Shown here: one piece after another, positions 54,535-64,000 of the stretch
How positions within the stretch are numbered: the first letter of the stretch is position 1
Layout of the letters: each line of letters begins with the position of its first letter
NCBI GenBank assembly: GCA_025786725.1
Contig: JAHLTZ010000025.1
Location: 364,079-428,078, forward strand
DNA from: Syncephalis fuscata S228
Taxonomy: Eukaryota > Fungi > Zoopagomycota
DNA: 64,000 nt
Direction: 5' to 3'
Notes under the pieces: generated by a model
What the model was told of the DNA's origin: nothing
The model's input: the letters and a program-made list of their open reading frames with translations, nothing else
The model's database searches: none
Position numbers and translations under genes: made by a program

Positions 54535-56150
54535 AAAGGGTTCTACCACTACGGGACCTAGTATTGGAGTTCGAAAAACGGTCACGCTAATGGCTTCATA
54601 TTAGGAAGGTGCCACTCAAGCAGTAGTGCTGTGGCAATGTGCTGTGCAGATTGAGGCCAATATGAGTAAAATACAACGAGTAAAGTGACCATTACATAGA
54701 TAAATACGTAAAAACAACGCAGGGGAAGCGAGTGATGCGTAAACTACGTAAAACAAACAAAACAAACAAAATACGGTAGCTGAACTACGAGTAATGACCT
54801 GCAAGAACCATACTGACTGGTCATTAGCTGAAATTACTGCAATGACTGCAATGACTGCACTAGAATAGGCCGAATTGACCCCCAGTAGCCAGTATACCAT
54901 ACAACAATCAACACACTATCATAATAAACAAATTATAGCAATAAATAAACAAATTTATTTGTATACTTATTATTTTTACCAATATTTGACCAATATTGCT
55001 ATGATATGCATATACAATTCTGAATAAAAACAATAAATATTTACACATCGCATTTTATTGGCTTATTATAACCAGAATTGTCGTCTGAGTACGCAGAACC
55101 AATCGGATTTGCTGTATATTTTTTCGTTAATTTACTATTAATTTTTTAGTGTGTCCAATTGTGACTGCGTAATATGGTAATTAGCGAACTGAGTGTAAGG
55201 AATGGCCAGTTTCAACTATAAAGCTAGCGTAAAATGGACAGCGCCAATCGATAGAGCGTGGCCATTATACTGTATAACAATATACAACAACACGCTATAA
55301 AATAAAACACATATGGTATACAACGTCAAATTTACAGTGATAAGTTACAGTGTACCACTATGGCCATTTCAAGTGCCCTCACAAAAGGGTTCTACCACTA
55401 CGGGACCTAGTATTGGAGTTCGAAAAACGGTCACGCTAATGGCTTCATATTAGGAAGGTGCCACTCAAGCAGTAGTGCTGTGGCAATGTGCTGTGCAGAT
55501 TGAGGCCAATATGAGTAAAATACAACGAGTAAAGTGACCATTACATAGATAAATACGTAAAAACAACGCTGGGGAAGCGAGTGATGCGTAAACTACGTAA
55601 AACAAACAAAACAAACAAAATACGGTAGCTGAACTACGAGTAATGACCTGCAAGAACCATACTGACTGGTCATTAGCTGAAATTACTGCAATGACTGCAA
55701 TGACTGCACTAGAATAGGCCAAATTGACCCCCAGTAGCCAGTATACCATACACCAATCAACACACTATCATAATAAACAAATTATAGCAATAAATAAACA
55801 AATTTATTTGTATACTTATTATTTTTACCAATATTTGACCAATATTGCTATGATATGCATATACAATTCTGAATAAAAACAATAAATATTTACACATCGC
55901 ATTTTATTGGCTTATTATAACCAGAATTGTCGTCTGAGTACGCAGAACCAATCGGATTTGCTGTATATTTTTTCGTTAATTTACTATTAATATTTTAGTG
56001 TGTCCAATTGTGACTGCGTAAACACGGTAATTAGCGAAATGAGTGTAATGAGTGACCAATTCAACTATAAAGCTATGGTCAAATGGACAACGCCAATCGA
56101 TAGAGTGTGGTCAATATACTGTATAACGATGTACAACGACATTATATATA
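54535..56150. repeat. 849-bp tandem duplication (copies start at 54535 and 55384)
   Basis: Both copies start AAAGGGTTCTACCACTACGGGACCTAG. The matching ORFs 54616..54900 and 55465..55749 are offset by exactly 849. Confidence 0.93.
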
Positions 56151-56769
56151 TAAAAGTGTACAGCATAAACAGAATGTGAATAATGCAAGTAAATGGAAGA
56201 TATATGCATATTGGACAATACATTTACAACAATGAGTATTTGATGATTGACGTCACTTACCATCCACCATCATGTTCAATACATTGAATGTGCAGTTCAA
56301 CTACGCGAATGTTATCAATATAGTCATTTGACACCCAAATCATAATATAATCTAATGATTTGATAATTTAATAAAATGATTATTCAATAAAATAAACGTT
56401 TAGTTTGACTGGGCGAGTGCTGTCAAACAAGTCAATTGGCACCAATCATAATAATTGTTTATTCATATTACATCAGCACTTGCACCCACACTATAAAAAC
56501 AGACTGCCGATCGCATAGCACACGATTTGCGTCACACGTTCCTCTTTCTCATCCACCACACTTGACAGCATTCATCCACTAGCCACCTTTCCACTTGCAC
56601 TTGTTTCCATAAGTTCAGTATATGCCTTGCTTGCTATATGTCATTGTTAGTCTATTAGTATGAGCATGCCTAGTCTTGGTACTACATACCGCCCTGCTGT
56701 ATGGCGCCATACAGCAGTGCTAGCGGTATCGTTTTACCTTGTGGGCAGCTGCTAGTATGCTAACTGTGG

Positions 56770-57220
56770 CAATATATGCTACCAAACATATACGGTTATC
56801 TTCCTCTTTCTTTTCCTCTTTCTCTTCACCTTTTTTTCACCAACCTTCCATTACTTACCGTACTAGCAACAGTGTATGCTGGATATATGCTACCAAGCAT
56901 ACACTGTTCTCATCCTCTTTCTCTTCCTCCTTCTTCCTCATCCTTTTCACCAACCTTCCATTACTTACCGTACTAGCAACAGTGTATGCTGGCTATATGC
57001 TACCAAGCATACACTATTTCATCCTCTTTCACTTTACTCCTTCTTCCCTATCCTTTTCACCAACCTTCCATTACTTACCGTACTAGCAACAGTGTATGCT
57101 GGATATATGCTACCAAGCATATACTGTTCACCCTTCCTCACCCTCTCCTCATCATTATCTCTATATCTTCCATTGCTCACCGTGCTAGCAATAGTGTGTT
57201 TAGCTACTGGTAGTAGCATA
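56770..57220. repeat. 110-bp hairpin minisatellite (3 full + 2 partial units)
   Basis: CAACCTTCCA recurs at 56841, 56951 and 57061 (period 110). Confidence 0.9.
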
Positions 57221-57730
57221 TAGTAGCACTCTGTACTGGCCATACAGCAGTGCCATTATATGCACTGCCTGTAAACACCTGCTAGCACGATGTTGCATTG
57301 GCAGCTCTTCTTCTCTTTCCCTTTTCACTTTAACAAACCACTTACCGGTCCTTCTTTATGATACACTGATTATGCAATGGTAAGTAACTAACTTAAATCA
57401 GTCACTAACTCTGCATATAATGCTTTAGATTTACAAGCCATCAAGTATCAAGTTCAAGGACAATGGCGATTAGTGTGTTAGCGGCCGGCTACCAAGCAAT
57501 ATAACAATAATGTTATATTGATGACTTTAGATTTAGATTACTAACTTACTAACCTGTATTGATAATTACAGCTTTATATTATAAATAAAAATCACCAAAT
57601 TGTTTTAGTGTGCTAGCGGCCGGCTACACAACATTGCAACATACTAACTTTATACATATATTGTTTTAAATTTTAGATACCGAATACTAACACTAACATT
57701 TATTGATTATTATAGATTTTAGATAGCCGG

Positions 57731-58450
57731 ACACCAGTACCAACACCGGCATCAACACCAGCACCAATACCAACACCGGATCAGCACCAACATTGCACCA
57801 GCACCAGCACCAGCACCGGCATCAGCACCAACACCGCATCACATCAACACCAACACCAACACCAGCATCCAGCACCAACACCAGTACCAGCATCAGCATC
57901 AGCACCAACATCGACACCAGCACCAGCACCAGTACCAGCACCGGCATCAGCACCAACACCAGCATCGGCATCAACACCAGCACCAACATCGCATCAGCAC
58001 CAGCACCGGCATCAGCACCAGCACCATACACCAGCACCAGCATCATCACCGCATCAACACCAACACCAACACCCAGCACCAACACCAACACATCAACACC
58101 AGCACCACACCAGCACCACCACACCAGCACCAGCACCAACACCAACACACAGCACCAACACACGCATCAGCACCAGCACATCAACACCAAGCACCAGCAC
58201 CAGACAGCACCAGCACCAACACCATACCAGCACCGGCATCAGCACCAGCACCAGCACCAACACCGGCATCACACCAACACCAGCACCGCACCAGCACCAG
58301 CACCAGCACGCACCAGCACCAACACCAGCATCAGCACCAACACCAGCACCAATCAACACCAACCAGCATCAGTACTAGCACCAGCGCCAGCATCAACACC
58401 ACACTGGCACCAGTACCACACCAACATCGGCACCGGCACCAACACCAGTA
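57731..58450. repeat. CA-rich hexamer minisatellite, copy 2
   Basis: Same flanks as 51520..52140 but longer and with a different internal order. Confidence 0.92.
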
Positions 58451-59524
58451 ACAATATTAACATTGGCATCAACACTAACACTAACATTGTATTTATTATT
58501 TTAGATTCGTAGGTAGCCGCCATGGACACCCAGCGTAAGTATTATTATTATACATAGCCGGCCGCTAGCACACTAAAACCAAATATGCAATATCAATTCA
58601 GACAATTGTCTACTAACGTACTAACATTGTATTTATTGTTTTAGAATTGTAGGTAGCCGGCCGCTAACACACTAATCGCCATTTTAAGTAAGTAATGTGA
58701 TAAAGCAGTTGTAGCAGTATCCATCATAATTTGTATGTGGTGGTATATCGCCACCAATAAACAGTGGTATACCATCACAACAATAGCAACAATAGCAACA
58801 ATAGCAACTTCACAAGTACTTGATGTGACATCATCAAGACTAATTGATACTATTGCTATCAATTAACAGCAAGATTAAAAAGGATATTGGATCAATTAAT
58901 AATATATTATTTATTGGTAATATCCAAGGAATTATTTATTGATATTACCAAACAATATCCGAGCAAAGCATTAAATAAAAGCACATAGCTACTAAATAAG
59001 TAGATGCAAAGCTTTATACTTTTGCATCTCAATCAAAAAATCAATACAATATAGTTTATTGTATTTAATCAAGTGAATTGTGACAATAAATATTATACAA
59101 TTAGTATGTGTTGCACATACTAACTAATGATTAAACAATTTAACAATGCTTATAGTATGATCAGCAGATCAAATGGCAATATTTAAAAGCATTTAATGTA
59201 CTGAACATGATAATGGATGATGAATAAATAAAATAGAAAATAGACATTAATGTATTATTATTATCCAGTAAGCATATATCCAGTGTGCATATACTCAATA
59301 TGCATACATCCAGTATTTACATATATCATTGTATGATATCGTGTGTATATCATATTAATTGTAGGAAGCAATATACACGACTCATTCATGTCAGTATGTT
59401 ATAGTACTTATAACATGCAATGATTTATATTAATTATTACCTCACATATATGATGTATTGCATCGGTAGATTGACACTCACATATTGAAGAATAGAATTT
59501 AGCACTCATTACCATAAGAGTTAT

Positions 59525-59693
59525 TGTAACGATATTATATTCGTTACGGGAAATAATTGTATAATTTAAATATTATGCAATTATTTTCCCACAACACCTT
59601 AAATTAAGACTCCGCAAAGCTTATAAATAACACACATTTCTGTTTAATAAAAATAATCTTTATTCCATTATATCCTATTTTACGGTTGTTACA
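59525..59693 (+). repeat. 5' LTR (169 bp)
   Basis: Begins TGTAAC, ends GTTACA and is immediately followed by the PBS. Its left edge coincides with the break in homology to repeat copy 1. Confidence 0.88.
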
Positions 59694-59694
59694 T

Positions 59695-59712
59695 TGGTAG
59701 CAACGGGTAGTT
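59695..59712 (+). promoter_or_regulatory. Primer binding site complementary to initiator tRNA-Met 3' end
   Basis: TGGTAGCAACGGGTAGTT; its reverse complement AACTACCCGTTGCTACCA has the GCTACCA end of eukaryotic initiator tRNA. Confidence 0.85.
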
Positions 59713-59718
59713 ACTAGT

Positions 59719-60055
59719 ATTTGCGTTTGTCGCACCGTTTATTTTGCGTTTGTCGCACCGTTTATTTTTGCGTTTGTCGCACCGTTTATTTTGCGTTTGT
59801 CGCACCGTTTATTTTTGCGTTTGTCGCACCGTTTATTTTGCGTTTGTCGCACCGTTATTTTTGCGTTTGTCGCACCGTTATTTTTGCGTTTGTCGCACCG
59901 TTTATTTTTGCGTTTGTCGCACCGTTTATTTTGCGTTTGTCGCACCGTTATTTTTGCGTTTGTCGCACCGTTATTTTGCGTTTGTCGCACCGTTATTTTT
60001 GCGTTTGTCGCACCGTTATTTTGCGTTTGTCGCACCGTATATCGCGTTTGTCGCA
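59719..60055 (+). repeat. 22-24-bp tandem repeat, 15 copies, in retrotransposon leader
   Basis: GCGTTTGTCGCA core counted 15 times between 59723 and 60055; the variation is mostly T-run length. Confidence 0.95.
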
Positions 60056-60170
60056 TTGTCCTCTTTTCAATTTTATTTATTTTTGCTTATCAGTGTTTGA
60101 AAATAAGCACCGCTGTTTTAAAATTACGATTCAGTATATAGTACACGTTGAGACTGATTTTATTCTCACC

Positions 60171-61028
60171 ATGAATTCCCGCTCACCACTCACACACACC
60201 GAAAAGTTCACCGGTGATTCCAGTTTGCCTGTGGAACATTGGTGTAACATGGTAGAAGACGCATGGGAATTGGGTACATTTACAGACGAACAAAAACGTA
60301 TAATGGCGTCCCAACAACTATCGGGACCAGCGGCAGTTTGGTATCAATCGATACGCGGCGGTAATACGCCATATAGCACGTGGGAACAACTGAGGGACGG
60401 AATTTTAGAACGTTTTGGTGGCAATCGATCAGCGGACATCGCGCGTTTGGAACTCACACGATTGCGCTGGACAGAAGATAAAGACATTGAAGAACATATT
60501 ACAAATTTCACAGCACTGCGTAGCCGAATTCCAGATGCCGCTGACATGGAATTGGTTACGGCATTTCGACTTACGTTGCCGCCGGAATACTTAACCGATT
60601 CGATACATAATAAACCCACCAATATCAACGAAGCTTATGCTTCCACACGTGCTTTCTATTACTCAAGGAAACATGGATTACAACACTTAATACCACCACC
60701 AACTAAATCTAATAACGGCCCAACACCAATGGATTTAGATACTATAGTCCAAGCTTTAAATAGTTTAGGTTTTATTAATAATCGTAGCAGCAATAATAGC
60801 AACAGCAGTAATTACAATAACCGTAACAATTACAATAACGGGCCTAAATGTTACACATGTAACAAACGTGGTCATCTAGCCAGAAATTGTAATCGCAATA
60901 ACAACCGTAATTACAATAACCGCGATAACAACAATCAACAACAATCTAACAGCTTAGATTTACAATCAACAAATGTCGACGTCCAAGCAAACAACAACGT
61001 AATTCAGGGAAACGACAACCGTCAGTAA
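60171..61028 (+). CDS. gag: Retrotransposon Gag
   Basis: [35 protein letters not shown] and zinc knuckle [14 protein letters not shown]. The upstream extension of the ORF call is only the tandem repeat. Confidence 0.92.
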   Translation: MNSRSPLTHTEKFTGDSSLPVEHWCNMVEDAWELGTFTDEQKRIMASQQLSGPAAVWYQSIRGGNTPYSTWEQLRDGILERFGGNRSADIARLELTRLRWTEDKDIEEHITNFTALRSRIPDAADMELVTAFRLTLPPEYLTDSIHNKPTNINEAYASTRAFYYSRKHGLQHLIPPPTKSNNGPTPMDLDTIVQALNSLGFINNRSSNNSNSSNYNNRNNYNNGPKCYTCNKRGHLARNCNRNNNRNYNNRDNNNQQQSNSLDLQSTNVDVQANNNVIQGNDNRQ

Positions 61029-61065
61029 TTAAGTGCGGCACACTTACTGACGGCCAGGTTGCCGC
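61007..61065 (+). promoter_or_regulatory. -1 programmed ribosomal frameshift signal (G GGA AAC + predicted pseudoknot)
   Basis: Slippery heptamer 61007-61013, 10-bp stem 61019-61028/61044-61053 and second stem 61035-61040/61060-61065. The -1 frame is open into the protease. Confidence 0.85.
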
Positions 61066-63518
61066 TAATACTCCGATACCACCCGGATTTGAGCAGTCTA
61101 CACTCATTCAAGGTCGCGCTAGCTCCGGTTTAATTACAGTAGCACCCACAATCAATGGTGTTCCAGCCCATGTATTAATCGATTCTGGTGCATCCACCAA
61201 CTTTATGGATATTGAATTTGCCAAGAGGGCTCAAGTACATGTTACGAAACAAGCAAATTCAACCAATGTAAAGTTGGGAAATGGTATGGAGTGCGGTGTA
61301 TCTGGTACTGCTAATAAAGTGCCTATTATTTTCAATTATCTGAAAGAACAAATTGATTTTACTATTATGAAATTGGGCAACTATAATGCAGTGCTAGGTA
61401 TGCCATGGTTAAGAAAACATGAAGCGCAAGTAGATTGGAAGACCGGTGTTATTAATTCTAATTGTAATTCAGCACCCAAAAGTACATTAGAAATTATCGA
61501 CAAAATTCAGCCTTCATTCATGTCAATAGAAGAAGTCGAGCAAACAGAAGCCAATGATATGATTTTATTAGCGATGATAAAAGAAAACAAAGAAAAAAAT
61601 GATACATCGTTAAATGGCCGTTACGCGCGATTGTTGGGTGAATTTGCCGATGTTGGACCAGAAGAATTACCACCTGGTTTACCACCAAAAAGAGACATTG
61701 ATATATGTATCAATTTGGTGCCACATCAGCAGTCACCATTTCGGCCTACATACCATCTGGCAAAGAAAGAGTTAGACGAGTTGAAGAAACAGATCGATGA
61801 TTTGTTAGAAAAAGGCTTTATTAGGCCTAGTACATCACCATTTGGTGCACCTGTACTATTTGTGCGGAAGAAAGGAGGTGATTTACGTATGTGTGTGGAT
61901 TACAGAATGTTAAACGCACAAACAATTCGTGATCGTTATGCGTTGCCACTGATCGATGAATTATTCGATCAGTTACATGGGGCGAAAGTATTCTCAAAAA
62001 TAGATTTGAGAAGTGGATATCATCAAATAAGAGTAAATGAAGATGATATTCACAAAACAGCGTTTAGAACGCGCTATGGGCATTATGAGTGGACGGTGAT
62101 GGGATTTGGATTGACTAATGCACCGTCAGTATTTATGCGATTAATGCATAATGTATTTCATAAATTACTAGACAAGTGTGTAGTGGTATTTTTGGATGAT
62201 ATTTTAATATTTAGTAAAAATCATACCGAACATGAGTGGCACTTACGGCAAGTGCTACAATTACTAAGAGAAAACAAATTATATGCCAAATTAAGCAAAT
62301 GTGAATTTGGTAAAGATGAGGTGGAATTTTTGGGACATATTGTTAGTGGCGATGGTATAAGACCACTACACGATAAAGTAATGGCTATTGCAAATTGGCC
62401 TATACCAAACAATCTGAAAGAACTGCGCTCTTTCCTCGGACTAACTGGCTATTATAGACGGTTTATTCGTGGATATGCTGATACTGCACGGCATTTAAGT
62501 CAATTGACTAAGAATGATGAGCCATTCACATGGGGAGATAATCAAAATACAGCATTTGACACACTACGTAATGCGATAGTTACAGCACCGGTATTGGCTA
62601 TACCAAATGTTAATGCGCCATTTATCGTTACTACGGATGCATCGGATTATGCAATTGGTGCAGTATTATCACAAATAACTGATAATAATGAACATCCTGT
62701 TGCATTTATGTCACGTATATTACAGGCAGCCGAAAAGAATTATGCTACATACGATAAAGAAATGTTAGCTATTCTAGAAGCTACTAAGTTATGGCGCCCA
62801 TATCTTAGTTATGGCCATTTCGTAATATATACTGACCATGCACCGCTTACGCGCCTGTTTAAGCAAAAGGAAATGTCATCACGCCAACGCGTTGGATTGA
62901 GCAGTTGCATCAATATGATTTTGATATCATATATAAGCCAGGCTGTGCTAATGTTGTAGCCGATGCATTATCACGACGTACATCGCCTAGTTATAACGCT
63001 ATAAATGCTACAAACTCTCTTTATTCCAACAGCGTGTTTTAGCTGGTTACGATCATGATGAACACTTTACAGGTGTAAAGAATGTTCTTATGGGAGGAAG
63101 GGCTGCAGGCAATGCTGCGGCAGTTAAAATTTCGCGACATTTTCGGCTTGATGATCATGGATTAATGTACGAGTTAAAAGACATTGAACCACGATTATGC
63201 ATACCAAATTACGATAATCTATATTTGGATATACTTAATGATCATCACGATGCAGCTGCTCACTTCGGCGAAGAAAAGACTATTGCAGCAATTAAGCGTA
63301 AATATTATTGGCCTGGATTGTCCAACATGACAAAGCGTTATATTAGGTCATGTGAAGTGTGCCAACGCACTAAACACTCCCAGCAGTTACCTGGTGGACT
63401 ATTGCAACCACTTCAAATTCCGGAAGGACGTTGGCGCGATATTGCAATGGATTTTATAGTGCAATTGCCACGTACTAGTAGTGGTTATGATGCTATTTTT
63501 GTTGTAGTCGACCGCTTT
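61007..63518 (+). CDS. pol: Retrotransposon Pol (protease, RT, RNase H, N-terminal integrase); disrupted
   Basis: [51 protein letters not shown] zinc finger and WRDIAMDFI. Frameshifted near 62887 and ~62990-63040, and cut by a nested LTR after VVVDRF. Confidence 0.92.
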
Positions 63519-64000
63519 TGTAACAAAAATTCTCCCTCATTTATTATTACCATTTTTAGACATTATGATCGGTGTTTAAACACACCGATCATCACACATG
63601 GTCCACGATGAAGTTAACACTCCGCCACCGCGTATTGTTTTATCTTTATCTTTTATCTTTATCTTTTATTTCTTTTATTTTTATTTTATTTTCTTTTATT
63701 GTTCTACTTAGATATTCCATATACCAATAGAACAATATAAATACGCGTATGATTATGACCACAAATAAAGACATTAGTTCACTTTCAATATTCATTTTTA
63801 TTTTATACATTATTGTATTGTGACTCGTAGTAACCGCAACAGTTCGCTGTATCTACGGTTACATATGGTAGCAACGGGTAGTTTAAACCTATCCACCTCG
63901 TTGCCTTGACTTACAGTGATATGAACCAACGACGTGGTGCGAAATACTTCGACCACGAAACAAGCCCGTCAATCTTTCGCCGACGAACTCATCCAAGATC
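63519..64000 (+). mobile_element. Second LTR retrotransposon nested in the integrase: 5' LTR 63519..63863, PBS 63866..63884, runs off window
   Basis: Integrase homology ends at TGTAAC (63519). The segment ends GTTACA (63863) and is followed by TGGTAGCAACGGGTAGTT. Confidence 0.87.

Larger units (their letters stand above)
56270..59524. repeat. ~3.2-kb hairpin-rich repeat unit, copy 2 (interrupted by LTR retrotransposon)
   Basis: Matches 50165..53217. Homology stops exactly at GTTAT followed by TGTAAC (LTR start). Confidence 0.92.
59525..63518 (+). mobile_element. Ty3/gypsy LTR retrotransposon (5' part; interrupted in integrase)
   Basis: LTR, PBS, gag with CCHC knuckle, and pol in PR-RT-RH-IN order. 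Confidence 0.96.

Noticed and set aside
54535-54630. Possible tRNA, 5S or SINE head (GGAGTTCGAAA resembles a B box) or Helitron 3' end (CTAG)
   Set aside because: No cloverleaf, no 5S similarity, no clear A box and only a weak hairpin. An Rfam scan would be needed.
54616-55749. Twin 94-aa minus-strand ORFs
   Set aside because: Their identity is explained by the recent tandem duplication, and there is no domain evidence.
57793-58512. 239-aa Thr/Ser/His/Gln-rich mucin-like ORF and antisense VLVL ORFs
   Set aside because: Non-ATG start, frame-switching composition and not conserved as an ORF in copy 1; an artefact of a stop-poor hexamer array.
59719-60055. CRISPR array
   Set aside because: Contiguous tandem units without unique spacers, no cas genes, and a eukaryotic retrotransposon context. 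The same applies to the 110-bp arrays.
63519-63863. 3' LTR of the first retrotransposon
   Set aside because: It differs in length and sequence from the 169-bp 5' LTR, interrupts integrase, and is followed by a PBS, so it is the 5' LTR of another element.

Overview
Eukaryotic DNA, AT-rich, with many short (~40-60 nt) GT-AG introns. Gene content and style point to an early-diverging fungus; a Syncephalis-like zoopagomycete is my inference, not a verified assignment. The first ~42 kb is gene-rich: two orphan multi-pass membrane proteins, an S10 serine carboxypeptidase, ATP synthase subunit e, a kinesin-6, a taxilin, PP1 inhibitor-2, Med8, Mon2, Cox12, a secreted GH17 glucanase, a CorA/Alr1-type Mg2+ transporter, and an intact subtilisin-like protein that has lost its catalytic His. 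From ~41.7 kb I find no host genes. That part holds a modular repeat family built on a ~100-bp motif (core CATGTTCAATAGA...AGTCATTTG..CCAA, about 13 copies in both orientations), a ~3.1-kb hairpin-rich duplicated unit, an 849-bp tandem duplication and a Ty3/gypsy LTR retrotransposon. The duplicated unit contains a 24-bp perfect palindrome, a 110-bp hairpin minisatellite and nested perfect inverted repeats enclosing a hypervariable CA-rich array. The retrotransposon has an initiator-tRNA PBS, a 15-copy hairpin array in its leader and a -1 frameshift site with a pseudoknot, and a second LTR element is nested in its integrase. Exon boundaries and repeat limits were read by eye and are approximate.
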